DNA of 58,680 bases from an uncultured virus (IMG/VR IMGVR_UViG_3300027582_000004) (IMGVR_UViG_3300027582_000004); one strand, 5' to 3'. Shown: positions 1 to 9,130, counted from the stretch's first letter. Translations and numbers: made by a program. Notes: generated by a model not told the origin, from the letters alone.

Positions 1-258
1 GGATTACCCGCTACAGCAGACTTAATGTTTGCACTTATATCAACAGAAGAACTAGAACAGCAAGGGCAACTATTAGTTAAACAATTAAAGAATAGATATA
101 ATGATCCAACTTCTAATAAGAGATTTGTTGTTGGTATTGATAGAGCAAAGATGCGCTTGGTAGATGTAGATAATTCAACCGAGGGTCTTGTACAAGATGT
201 GCCAGTGTTTGACAACTCTAAAGCACAAGACAAATTTAACAACTTTAAAATGGATTAA
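1..258 (+). CDS. 41: T4 gp41-like replicative DNA helicase, C-terminal part (truncated by window)
   Basis: Frame 1 is open from base 1: GLPATADLMFALISTEELEQQGQLLVKQLKNRYNDP...RFVVGIDRAKMRL, the typical gp41 C-terminus. Confidence 0.92.
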   Translation, partial: GLPATADLMFALISTEELEQQGQLLVKQLKNRYNDPTSNKRFVVGIDRAKMRLVDVDNSTEGLVQDVPVFDNSKAQDKFNNFKMD

Positions 259-261
259 TAA

Positions 262-924
262 ATGCAAGTAAAAATTGTAGGCTACACTCAACCACCTGAA
301 GGCGCTTTTATTGGATTAGATAATGTACAAGACATTATTGCATATTGTGCAAGAGTATCTAACCCTAGTAATCAAATTAATCAAGAGACTGCACCTAAAT
401 TACTTGCTTATCTTTCTAAACATAAACACTGGTCTCCCTTTGAAATGGCATCTGCTACCTTAGAAGTAGAAACGACACGTGATATTGCACGTCAGCTATT
501 ACGACATCGTTCTTTCTCTTTCCAAGAGTTTTCTCAAAGATATGCAGATCCAAGGGATATGGAAAATACATTTGTATTGCGTGAAGCCCGTCTGCAAGAT
601 CCTAAGAATCGTCAGAATAGTGTTGATGTAGATGATCGTGAACTAGAAACTCTGTGGCAGATTAAACAACAGATGGTTATTAATGCATCTAAGGAAGCAT
701 ATGCTTGGGCTATTGATAATGGTATTGCTAAAGAGCAAGCCAGAGCAGTCTTGCCAGAGGGTAATACAATTAGCCGTTTATATGTTAACGGAACTATTCG
801 TAGCTGGATCCATTATGCTGAACTAAGATCATCTAATGGTACTCAAAAAGAACACATGGAATTGGCTATTGCCATTGCCGAAGCTATCTCTAAAATTTAT
901 CAACCAATAAAGGAGTATGTTTAA
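262..924 (+). CDS. thyX: FAD-dependent thymidylate synthase
   Basis: HWSPFE, RHRSFSFQEFSQRY ThyX motif, AKEQARAVLP. Confidence 0.95.
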   Translation: MQVKIVGYTQPPEGAFIGLDNVQDIIAYCARVSNPSNQINQETAPKLLAYLSKHKHWSPFEMASATLEVETTRDIARQLLRHRSFSFQEFSQRYADPRDMENTFVLREARLQDPKNRQNSVDVDDRELETLWQIKQQMVINASKEAYAWAIDNGIAKEQARAVLPEGNTISRLYVNGTIRSWIHYAELRSSNGTQKEHMELAIAIAEAISKIYQPIKEYV

Positions 925-1136
925 TGGGTCGTAAACTAAGCACTTGGGAAGCACCACCAGGCAGAGGTCATTGTGAAGTGCATTTTGATTATAAAGAAGA
1001 ATATGCATATATCAAATACTTTGATGCAAATGGTAAGCAATTCTTTATTGAAGAGTTCCCTAATAAGGCTATTGGTTATGTCGAAGATGCTGCAGAGAAT
1101 TGGACCCTTGGTATTAAGAAACTAACCAATATGTAG
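924..1136 (+). CDS. hypothetical protein
   Basis: TAATG coupling to thyX, SD AAGGAG upstream. Confidence 0.7.
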   Translation: MGRKLSTWEAPPGRGHCEVHFDYKEEYAYIKYFDANGKQFFIEEFPNKAIGYVEDAAENWTLGIKKLTNM

Positions 1137-1149
1137 TAAATATGTAACA
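1132..1149. promoter_or_regulatory. TGT-N12-ACA box upstream of early promoter
   Basis: tgtagtaaatatgtaaca; related copies at 2207, 10979, 26884, 44883, 45952. Confidence 0.5.
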
Positions 1150-1194
1150 CTATTAGTTATTTTATAAAAAAATTAAAAAAAGTTAAAAAAACAC

Positions 1195-1248
1195 TTTACA
1201 TCTGTATTTGGATATGGTATAAGAGTTATAGAAACAATAATTAAGGAT
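1195..1248 (+). promoter_or_regulatory. sigma70-type early promoter cassette with SD
   Basis: TTTACA(1195)-N17-TATAAG(1218) followed by agttatagaaacaataattaagga; near-identical copies at 44947 and 46015. Confidence 0.85.
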
Positions 1249-1254
1249 TATAAA

Positions 1255-1476
1255 ATGACAAATGTATATACAGTTTACGGAAATGATGACGGCGTAATAG
1301 GTGTTTACGGTAGCTGGAAAAAAGCTACTGTTGCTGCAATGGATTACTGTGGTGATAATGCAGTTGAAGATCGTACTGATTACTCAATGGGTGATGACAA
1401 AGATCGCCGTTGGGATACTAGGTTCTTTGACGGTGATTCATCAGGTGCTAGTATATCTCGTTGGTTTGTAGAATAA
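1255..1476 (+). CDS. early hypothetical protein
   Basis: Follows the promoter cassette and SD. Confidence 0.75.
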   Translation: MTNVYTVYGNDDGVIGVYGSWKKATVAAMDYCGDNAVEDRTDYSMGDDKDRRWDTRFFDGDSSGASISRWFVE

Positions 1477-1480
1477 GGTT

Positions 1481-1933
1481 ATGAAAAATATGCTATCAAC
1501 ATCTATGAGTGTATTGTGCTTATTTGGCATTGTGTCTTGCTATAGTGTTCTTAATCATGAACAAACTACAGAAGCACAATGCATGGCATTAAATATATAC
1601 CATGAAGCCAGAGGAGAAAGTATTGAAGGGCAATATGCAATTGCTCACGTTACTTTAAACCGAGTTGCTTCAACTAGATGGCCTGATAGCATATGTGATG
1701 TTGTATATCAACCTTACCAATTCAGCTGGACGCATCAGATCCGAGATCAGAAACCTAGAGGTAATGCTTGGGCAGTTGCTAAACAAGCGGCAGCTCTTGT
1801 TCTATCTGGTGAACATAAAGATAATACTGGTGGAGCCGACCACTACCATGCAGACTATGTTAATCCTTACTGGTCTAAAGACATGGATTTGACTACTACT
1901 ATCGGCACACATTTATTCTATAAGGCAAGATAA
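1481..1933 (+). CDS. SleB-like cell wall hydrolase (Hydrolase_2) with N-terminal membrane anchor
   Basis: CMALNIYHEARGE, VTLNRV, ICDVVYQPYQFSW, GADHYHADYVNPYW, IGTHLFY. Confidence 0.9.
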   Translation: MKNMLSTSMSVLCLFGIVSCYSVLNHEQTTEAQCMALNIYHEARGESIEGQYAIAHVTLNRVASTRWPDSICDVVYQPYQFSWTHQIRDQKPRGNAWAVAKQAAALVLSGEHKDNTGGADHYHADYVNPYWSKDMDLTTTIGTHLFYKAR

Positions 1934-2211
1934 TGAAAGATATTGATTATAAATTTAATGAAGGTAATCTAATTGCCGAGTTTAAGAAATACATTGATTC
2001 GACATATGGTGGGCACTATGCTCAAAATAAGTTTCAATCAACAGAAGTGATTATCGAAAGAGGTCACGGAACTGGTTTCTGCATGGGTAATGTAGATAAG
2101 TATTCAAACAGATATGGTCGTAAGGGCACTAAAGCAGATGCTCGTAAAGACCTTATGAAAGTGTTGCATTATGCTCTCATACAGTTACATATCCATGATA
2201 ACGATTTGTAA
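1933..2211 (+). CDS. DUF3310-like conserved phage protein
   Basis: YIDSTYGGHY...GFCMGNVDKYSNRYGRKG...DLMKVLHYA. Confidence 0.7.
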   Translation: MKDIDYKFNEGNLIAEFKKYIDSTYGGHYAQNKFQSTEVIIERGHGTGFCMGNVDKYSNRYGRKGTKADARKDLMKVLHYALIQLHIHDNDL

Positions 2212-2282
2212 CATATATGTAACACTTTTGGAGAAACTTTCTCCATAAACTAATTTAGACTGATCTTTGGTCTAAATAAAAT

Positions 2283-2344
2283 GTAAACGATGAAGCAACG
2301 TGAACACATACTGGACTGGGGGGCAGTACCCCACAGCTCCACCA
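2283..2344 (+). ncRNA. ssrA: permuted tmRNA, upstream segment carrying the T-arm and the CCA-ending acceptor strand
   Basis: T-arm tgggg-GGCAGTA-cccca then CAGCTCC-A-CCA, complementary to GGGGCTG at 2462 with the G3.U70 alanine identity pair; 5' boundary approximate. Confidence 0.9.
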
Positions 2345-2364
2345 AAATCACTTAGGAGATTACA

Positions 2365-2454
2365 ATGATTAAATGGATTATTAATTCGTATAACAATTGG
2401 ATGGCTAAGAAAGAAGCAGAGGTACCAAAATACCTAGCTGGTACTGGTGAGTGA
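2365..2454 (+). CDS. 29-aa micro-ORF inside the tmRNA intervening segment (MIKWIINSYNNWMAKKEAEVPKYLAGTGE)
   Basis: AGGAG SD at 2354-2358, ATG 2365, TGA 2452-2454; absent from the ORF track. Confidence 0.55.
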   Translation: MIKWIINSYNNWMAKKEAEVPKYLAGTGE

Positions 2455-2461
2455 TTTTGAT

Positions 2462-2625
2462 GGGGCTGAACTAGGATCGACAGGTGTCGTAGTGAAGTGG
2501 AGTTTACCGGATGATCGCGTATAGATCAACTAAACTAAATGCAAATGAAAATTTCGCACCATCTGGTTACGCCCTAGCGGCATAACACAGGGAGCTGGCC
2601 ACTTGCTTAGCAACAGAAAAGTGGC
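2462..2625 (+). ncRNA. ssrA: permuted tmRNA, downstream segment with tag reading frame ANENFAPSGYALAA*
   Basis: GGGGCTGAACTAGGATCGAC start, resume codon GCA at 2541, stop 2583-2585, following hairpin gccactt...aagtggc. Confidence 0.9.
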
Positions 2626-2656
2626 ATTAACTATTCATCAATATAAGGAAATTAAG

Positions 2657-3025
2657 ATGAAAATTGCACTAACAGCAGCAGCCCTAGTATTGGCTGCATC
2701 TACAGCATCTGCTGGAGACCTAAACATTGGTGGCCAAACTATTTCAGCCGGCGGTGAATTTGATATGAACTATACAACTGGTACCGAACTGTGGGCTTTG
2801 GATTTTACTCCTAAGGCAGGTCTTAACGCCTTCGGTGTAGATTTCTCAGTAGATACAACATTTGATGTTCTATCTTTGAATGATGCATCTAAAGACGCAT
2901 TTACTGGTCTTGACTTTGTAGCTGGTTATACACTAGGTGGCGGTCTTCGTACTTACACTGAAGTTAGCACAAACTCAGACCTAGAATTTGGTGATGTGAC
3001 TATGGGCGCAACATTTAACTTCTAA
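2657..3025 (+). CDS. small exported porin-like/outer-membrane beta protein
   Basis: SD AAGGA, signal peptide MKIALTAAALVLAASTASA, alternating beta pattern, C-terminal ...MGATFNF (terminal Phe typical of OM barrels). Confidence 0.7.
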   Translation: MKIALTAAALVLAASTASAGDLNIGGQTISAGGEFDMNYTTGTELWALDFTPKAGLNAFGVDFSVDTTFDVLSLNDASKDAFTGLDFVAGYTLGGGLRTYTEVSTNSDLEFGDVTMGATFNF

Positions 3026-3062
3026 TAAATACGAATAAGGGTTGCTTACTTAATAAGCACGT

Positions 3063-3091
3063 GAGGAGCCATGGTTAGCTCCTCTTTTTTT
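3063..3091 (+). terminator. Rho-independent terminator
   Basis: gaggagc-catggtta-gctcctc followed by a T run. Confidence 0.8.
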
Positions 3092-3093
3092 AT

Positions 3094-3101
3094 TATAAAT
3101 A
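3094..3101 (+). promoter_or_regulatory. T4-type late promoter for the enzyme cluster
   Basis: TATAAATA about 20 nt upstream of ATG 3121, with SD GGAGAGG. Confidence 0.75.
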
Positions 3102-3120
3102 GGGATAGGAGAGGTGTATT

Positions 3121-3759
3121 ATGATTCTTTTTATTTCTGTCGTACTAGGGCTTTTGTGGTCACAAGTTATATCACACTTTGGTGCGTCAATACTATTACA
3201 TAGACATTATTGCCATAAACAATTTGAGGTACCTAAATGGTTTGAAGCCCTAGGTCTTTCAATGTTAATGGTCGCTTGTATTAGAACACCTATTGGTTGG
3301 ATTGCTTCTCATAGAATGCATCATAAACATTCTGATAGTGAAAAAGATCCACATTCTTGGAAGCATGTAGGATACTGGAAAGTTTTATTTACGACTTGGA
3401 ATATAAGAAAAATATCTCCAAAATATTCTCGTGACTTGTTTAAGAACCCTATGTTGGTATTTTGTCACCACCACTGGTTAAAAATTCTTATCATTACAAA
3501 TATAGTATCATTTATAATAAGCCCATACTTTTGGCTTGCTTTCTGTGCAATACCATTTGTATTTGCAAAAGTAGGATTTGGTTTATTAAATACTGTTGGT
3601 CATAATGAAGAAGGTGGTAGTGATGTCGCATGGCTAAATCTTTTTATTGCAGGTGAAGGTTATCATAGACAACATCATCTTAATTGGAAACAAGTCAGAT
3701 TGCATAAGTGGGATACAGCAGGTTGGATTGCTGAAAAATTATTTGTTAAAGGAAAGTAG
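3121..3759 (+). CDS. membrane fatty acid (acyl-lipid, delta-9 type) desaturase
   Basis: His boxes HRHYCH, HRMHH, EGYHRQHH; hydrophobic segments. Confidence 0.9.
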   Translation: MILFISVVLGLLWSQVISHFGASILLHRHYCHKQFEVPKWFEALGLSMLMVACIRTPIGWIASHRMHHKHSDSEKDPHSWKHVGYWKVLFTTWNIRKISPKYSRDLFKNPMLVFCHHHWLKILIITNIVSFIISPYFWLAFCAIPFVFAKVGFGLLNTVGHNEEGGSDVAWLNLFIAGEGYHRQHHLNWKQVRLHKWDTAGWIAEKLFVKGK

Positions 3760-4362
3760 ATGAAGAAAACTCAATTACCATCCATAATGAAACTAAATGT
3801 TAATATAGATTTAGATTTACTTAGAGATAATTGTAACACCCTTGCTGAAAAGTTTGTTGATGTAAGAACAGCAAATCCAGGGCTTTGTATGAATCATGAA
3901 GACCTTGTAAAAGATGTTTACGATAACTTCGAACAGATCAATCTTACAACACCATCAGAGATACTACCTCACACAACATCTATTAAGGAACGCTTGAGAC
4001 GCAGAGAAGAACATTTATATAATGTAGCAACCGAGGATTATACTGGTAGTTATATTGAAAAGATAGTTACACAGTGTAAAGCACCAGCATCTCGTATTCG
4101 TATTACTAAACTTGCACCAGGTAAAACTATTCCATTCCATGTGGACTATGATGTATCCTATGCGGTACGTTGTATTGTACCCATCTATGGTGATAATAAC
4201 ACTGTTAATCTGTTTAGACGAGACAATAAGGTTGAGGCATATAACCTTAAGTGTGGAACTGCCTATTTTTTAAACATCGGCTATCCCCATGCAGTAGTTA
4301 ACATGAGCGACAAACCACGAATTGCTTTAATGTTTAGTTTGGATGGTACAGATGACTTGTGA
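3760..4362 (+). CDS. Asp/Asn beta-hydroxylase-like Fe(II)/2OG oxygenase
   Basis: RIRITKLAPGKTIPFHVD...PHAVVNMSDKPRIAL (HxD...H, R). Confidence 0.8.
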   Translation: MKKTQLPSIMKLNVNIDLDLLRDNCNTLAEKFVDVRTANPGLCMNHEDLVKDVYDNFEQINLTTPSEILPHTTSIKERLRRREEHLYNVATEDYTGSYIEKIVTQCKAPASRIRITKLAPGKTIPFHVDYDVSYAVRCIVPIYGDNNTVNLFRRDNKVEAYNLKCGTAYFLNIGYPHAVVNMSDKPRIALMFSLDGTDDL

Positions 4363-5140
4363 TAGTAAACAGTATTATAACAAGTCACACCTTTGGCCTA
4401 TTGCACGTGAAGTACAAATAAAGGGTCACAAGATATTCTACGATCAAGAGTTTACTGAACAATCTTACATTGATTATATGAAAGGCTTTGGAGAACTTGA
4501 ACGACATGAGTTGTTTATGAATTCAAAGGAAGTGCCAGAACTATTTTATGTTACTGATAAACGAGATGAGTCTGGACAGAAAATTGGTATGTTCGGTGGT
4601 GGCGAATTAGGCTGGCACTCTAATGGTAATAGCAGGCACAAAATAGATAAGATATTAATCAGCCTTTATTGTGTAGAAGGTGATCCTAATACTACATTAT
4701 CTATATGTAATACCTCAGATCCTTTCTATGACTTGTCTGAAGAGGATCAGGAATACTTTAAGAATATAGTGATTAGGCTTAAATTTAAAAATAATACAAT
4801 GTATGAGTTAGATGATAACGATCCAGAACTTGAGTTTATGAGTAAGAACAAAGGTTCTATTCGACCGCTAGTCGGTAGACATCCTCATACAGATAAGTAT
4901 TATTTTTATTTTCCCTACCATTTTATTTGTAGAGCATGGCATGGGAAAACTCGCATAGATCATAATGAGCTTATTGAAAGATTAAAACCCATTATCTTTC
5001 AGAGCAAATATCAGACACATCATATCTTCCAAAAAGGTGATATGCTTCTAATGGATCAATTGACTTCTCTGCACAGACGAACACCTGTGATGGGAGACCG
5101 TATGTTATGGAGAGCTGCAGGTGACTATTCGAAAATCTGA
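4343..5140 (+). CDS. TauD/TfdA-family dioxygenase with HxN motif
   Basis: WHSNG, PLVGRHP, GDMLLMDQLTSLHRR, RMLWR. Confidence 0.8.
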   Translation: MVQMTCDSKQYYNKSHLWPIAREVQIKGHKIFYDQEFTEQSYIDYMKGFGELERHELFMNSKEVPELFYVTDKRDESGQKIGMFGGGELGWHSNGNSRHKIDKILISLYCVEGDPNTTLSICNTSDPFYDLSEEDQEYFKNIVIRLKFKNNTMYELDDNDPELEFMSKNKGSIRPLVGRHPHTDKYYFYFPYHFICRAWHGKTRIDHNELIERLKPIIFQSKYQTHHIFQKGDMLLMDQLTSLHRRTPVMGDRMLWRAAGDYSKI

Positions 5141-6029
5141 ATTAAGAAACTTTCCATATGTAAATGTACCTAGGTTTAAGTCTGTAGAAATATTACTGTT
5201 GGCTCAGACAGCGGCAGATACATATTTTAGCAGAGGTTCTGGGCAAGCAACAAAAGAACTAGATCACGTTGAGGCTACACATAGGCATTGGGTAAGCTCT
5301 ATGATTGATCTATCAGATTTTCCATATTGTTATTATACTCACGGTGTTACTGATGCCATACATCATTGGGAAATGACAGATAAAAGACCATGGCAGAAAT
5401 TATGTTATGGCGAATATGAATATAGAGATATAATAGGTTCTAAAGGATCCGTTACTTGTGATGTGCCAGGGCAGTACATGGATAAAGAAACTCACAGAGC
5501 TGCACTACCTGGTGTAGTTGATCCTAATAAGCCTTTATATATCTCAACACCTTCTGCGGCAGATGGTAATATATTTAACGCTCCTGTTGATAGTTGGAAA
5601 AACTCACCACCAGTTATATTAGATTGTACTTATGTATCATCCACTGCTATTAAAACAATAGAAGTACCTAAGACAACTGAGCAAGTGTTCTTTTCTTTCT
5701 CTAAAGGTTTTGGTCTTATTGGTAGTAGATTAGGATTAGTCTATACTAAAGAACCACACCCTACTCTACATAGATTAAAAGAATATGAGAACTGGAATTA
5801 TAGTGGTGTAAGAACGATGCAGCTTCTAATGAATAACTTTGCTGTAGATTCCATGCATACAAAATATAAAGATAAGCAACTTGCCATTTGTAAAGAATAC
5901 GATTTTACACCTTCTGATTGCTTTTACCTTGCAACTACACATGATAGATACTATACAAGACGCAGACGAATGCGTTGGAATGATTCTGCTAGAATATGCT
6001 TAACACCTTTATTTGAGGATTACTTATGA
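5121..6029 (+). CDS. PLP-dependent enzyme, aminotransferase class I/II-like
   Basis: VILDCTY and FSFSKGFGLIGSRLG (Schiff-base Lys motif). Confidence 0.75.
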   Translation: MTIRKSELRNFPYVNVPRFKSVEILLLAQTAADTYFSRGSGQATKELDHVEATHRHWVSSMIDLSDFPYCYYTHGVTDAIHHWEMTDKRPWQKLCYGEYEYRDIIGSKGSVTCDVPGQYMDKETHRAALPGVVDPNKPLYISTPSAADGNIFNAPVDSWKNSPPVILDCTYVSSTAIKTIEVPKTTEQVFFSFSKGFGLIGSRLGLVYTKEPHPTLHRLKEYENWNYSGVRTMQLLMNNFAVDSMHTKYKDKQLAICKEYDFTPSDCFYLATTHDRYYTRRRRMRWNDSARICLTPLFEDYL

Positions 6030-7492
6030 CTAAACAATTGATGGATTATACACAGGTAGAGCTTGAGCAATTAACTCAAAAGATTTTAGAGAATGGTCAT
6101 GCGGTTTTACATGATCAAGATTTAACAAGACAACAACTTGTAGAAACTTGTAGTCGTTTTGGAGAAATTGAAGAATTGGATTATTTTATGAATCCAAAGG
6201 ATAGCCCTCAGATAAGTATTGTGTCAGGTAAGGTTGTCGATGGTAAAGCATTAGGCATGTTTGGACCTACTGAGCTTGAATGGCATGCCAATGGTACTGG
6301 TAGATATAACTTTGATGAAATTTGTGTAGGATTATATTGCGTAGAAGAATGTATTGATACAGTACTGTCGTTGGTAGATCAGTGTAGAGCGTTTGAAGAA
6401 CTACCAGAGAAAGAAAAAGAGTATTATCGAGCTATTGATATTCATCTTGATAATTCTGGACCACGTGCCAGAATATGGAGAAATGATGGAGAGTATTCAA
6501 AAGCATATAAAAACCAAGGTGAACAAAATTTTAGAATTGGTCAAGAACACTACAAAGAAAAGTTGGATCGTAGACCTTTAGTTGCAAAGCATCCAGTGTC
6601 TGGTCGTGAATACTTTTATCCTATGTTTATTTACTTAACAAAAGCATGGCATAATGGTGTAGAGATAGAGGACTTTGAACACTTCTATGAAATTTTAAAT
6701 AGTAAAATTACCAGATCAAAATATATGAGCCACCATGTGTTTAGAAAAGGCGATCTACTCTTTATGGATCAGCTCACTACAAGTCATAGAAGGTCTGCTG
6801 TTAAGAATAAAGACAGACAACTATGGAGAACAGCATTTGATTATAAGAAAACATCAAAGCAGATACCATGGCCAGAGATTAAAACAAAAATAGAGAATGG
6901 TCAGAAAGTGCCTCTGAAGGAAGATTATGAATTTAGTGATATGGCTTATCTTGATTCACCAGAAGCATATGAGCTATTTGAAACTCAAGCAAATATTATT
7001 ATAGAAAAACAGTGTAAAGGTATTGTTGATGTTGGCTGTAGACATGGACCAGTATTAGATATATTACACTCAAAGGGCTATACTGATTTTGAGTATATGG
7101 GATTTGATACTTCTAAAGAGCCTATTGATATAGCAACAGAAAAGTGGAAAGATCATAGTAATATAGAATTTAGATGTGAGAGTTGGAATGATCCAGACTG
7201 TTTCTTTGTTGACTTTGATGTAGATCAAGTGATATGGAGCGGTGTATTACTATACAGACCAGATGATCACTTTGAGTTCTTTGATAAGATTACAAATAAA
7301 TTATACTCAAGCCCTAATGCTATCATACAAGAACCTATGCCATGGCAAAGACACTGGAAAGCTGGTCTTATTCTAAACACTATTGCAGATAGTATGGAAG
7401 AATATAAAGATGCATATAAAGAATTTAAAGAATATAAACTCGACCTTGATATATTTGCTGGTCGCAGATTAGTTGCGGATGTTACATTATGA
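6026..7492 (+). CDS. TauD-family dioxygenase fused to a class I SAM methyltransferase
   Basis: N-terminal WHANG...GDLLFMDQLTTSHRR...RQLWR; C-terminal IVDVGCRHG, YMGFD, WSGVLLY. Confidence 0.8.
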   Translation: MTKQLMDYTQVELEQLTQKILENGHAVLHDQDLTRQQLVETCSRFGEIEELDYFMNPKDSPQISIVSGKVVDGKALGMFGPTELEWHANGTGRYNFDEICVGLYCVEECIDTVLSLVDQCRAFEELPEKEKEYYRAIDIHLDNSGPRARIWRNDGEYSKAYKNQGEQNFRIGQEHYKEKLDRRPLVAKHPVSGREYFYPMFIYLTKAWHNGVEIEDFEHFYEILNSKITRSKYMSHHVFRKGDLLFMDQLTTSHRRSAVKNKDRQLWRTAFDYKKTSKQIPWPEIKTKIENGQKVPLKEDYEFSDMAYLDSPEAYELFETQANIIIEKQCKGIVDVGCRHGPVLDILHSKGYTDFEYMGFDTSKEPIDIATEKWKDHSNIEFRCESWNDPDCFFVDFDVDQVIWSGVLLYRPDDHFEFFDKITNKLYSSPNAIIQEPMPWQRHWKAGLILNTIADSMEEYKDAYKEFKEYKLDLDIFAGRRLVADVTL

Positions 7493-8073
7493 TATTAGCA
7501 CTCAGTACCTCACAAGCATCTAACAGTCTCAACTACAGAGGGCTAAAACTACTCAGCTGTGATTTTGATAGAATAGATTGCTTGGCTGACTATGATATAC
7601 CTGTAGTAAATGTTAATGGTATGGACGCAGATATACCTAAAGATGTTGCTGCTTTATTTCTTATGATGCATCAGTTTGATAAGTTTGTGTTTGCAATACC
7701 AGAGTTTACTGGAATGATGAGTTCAAGTACAAAGAACCTATTAGACTGGGCTGTTGTAATATCAAATATGAATTTAGATCATGGTAAAGGATACCCTTGG
7801 ACTGATAAACACGTCATACTTCTCACCTTTACTCCGAGTGGAAAAGAAGGTGGTGGCAGACATATGGAACAGACTAAAGATATATTTAAAAAACTTGGTG
7901 CAAATGTTGTATATACAGATGTATCTACATATGGTTGGCAGCATGTTATACCAGATAACCAAGAACACTTTACTGAGATGTCTGATAAGATAAACAACTA
8001 TCTACTATATAAAGCAGATAATAAAGAGTATTTTAAAAACAAATATAATGATTGGAATGAAAAATGGGATTAG
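7489..8073 (+). CDS. NAD(P)H-dependent FMN reductase (flavodoxin fold)
   Basis: FAIPEFTGMMSSSTKNLLDW, TPSGKEGG. Confidence 0.8.
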   Translation: MILALSTSQASNSLNYRGLKLLSCDFDRIDCLADYDIPVVNVNGMDADIPKDVAALFLMMHQFDKFVFAIPEFTGMMSSSTKNLLDWAVVISNMNLDHGKGYPWTDKHVILLTFTPSGKEGGGRHMEQTKDIFKKLGANVVYTDVSTYGWQHVIPDNQEHFTEMSDKINNYLLYKADNKEYFKNKYNDWNEKWD

Positions 8074-8468
8074 AAACTAAAGGTTTGTACATACTTAAAG
8101 ATGATGATTATGTACCTTATAATTTACCAATGGGTAAAGTGATTTTATGTGGTGTGCCTGGAGCATTTACACCAGGCTGCACTAAAAGACATCTGCCAGG
8201 ATTTGCAAAGAATTTAGACAAGTTAGATGCTAAGGTTGTGTTTGTTGCGGTTAATGATCCGAGTGTCATGCATGCATGGAATGTATTATATGGTCATCCT
8301 CACATTGATGCAGTCGCAGATCCATTAGCTGTATTCAGTAAATATATGGGTAAGGATGTTGACTTTGGTGATTATATGGGTATTAGATGTAAACGATATG
8401 CTATGCTTATAGAGGATGGTGTATTTGTAAAAGAATATGCAGATCCGTTTATTGAAGGTGTATTATGA
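8064..8468 (+). CDS. peroxiredoxin (Prx5/type II redoxin)
   Basis: VPGAFTPGCTKRHLPG, VAVNDPSVMHAW, RCKRYAMLIEDG. Confidence 0.9.
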   Translation: MGLETKGLYILKDDDYVPYNLPMGKVILCGVPGAFTPGCTKRHLPGFAKNLDKLDAKVVFVAVNDPSVMHAWNVLYGHPHIDAVADPLAVFSKYMGKDVDFGDYMGIRCKRYAMLIEDGVFVKEYADPFIEGVL

Positions 8469-9130
8469 TACCAGGCATTGCAGAGTATGTAGATGTTGAT
8501 CCTCAGCATGAATTATTACTTGACCTGTATGAAAAAGTAAAAGGTGTAAGGGCTGGGGAGGACTTTAATGTTTTTGGTAAGACACCATTTGAGAGTTATT
8601 CGTTAGAATATAATATGACTGGTAAGGATACTGGTTATGAAGAAATATATGACCCTATCTTATCTCAGCACAGAATGGTACATCCACATTATCAGTTTAG
8701 ATCAACTGGATTTAATACTGCTGATAGTACAGAGAAAGATGTATTCCCTCATACCGACATAGATCAGAATAGAGAACATAGTCAAGGGTATAATATCATA
8801 TATCCTGTACTTGGAGCAAGTCGTTTAGATTATTATGAAACACTAGAAGACGAAATATGCCTACCTGAAAAGAACGCTCAAGGATATTATTACTATCATG
8901 AGTTTAAAGCACAGAGTCAGATGGGTCAAGGCACACCAGAGTTTGAAAAGTTTTTAGCTGATCGTAAGATTGGTGAGATCATTATTGATAAGCCTTGTCT
9001 TATTGATACAGAAGTAATGCATAGAGTAATTATTACAGAGGCACCCAGATGTGCATTTGTGACAAGATGGAATAATATACCACCTATTGACTTCCATTCG
9101 TTTAAAGAAAGAGTTGAGTCTATATTATGA
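8465..9130 (+). CDS. putative Fe(II)/2OG oxygenase (DSBH fold)
   Basis: PHTD...LIDTEVMHRV...PRCAF. Confidence 0.55.
   Translation: MIPGIAEYVDVDPQHELLLDLYEKVKGVRAGEDFNVFGKTPFESYSLEYNMTGKDTGYEEIYDPILSQHRMVHPHYQFRSTGFNTADSTEKDVFPHTDIDQNREHSQGYNIIYPVLGASRLDYYETLEDEICLPEKNAQGYYYYHEFKAQSQMGQGTPEFEKFLADRKIGEIIIDKPCLIDTEVMHRVIITEAPRCAFVTRWNNIPPIDFHSFKERVESIL

Noticed and set aside
1173..1186. Possible CtrA box (TTAA-N7-TTAA) before early promoters, also at 45993
   Set aside because: Spacing is 6, not 7, and the sites lie in A-tracts better explained as UP elements
2603..2656. Upstream extension of the porin-like ORF
   Set aside because: Overlaps the tmRNA 3' hairpin; SD and signal peptide indicate a start at 2657
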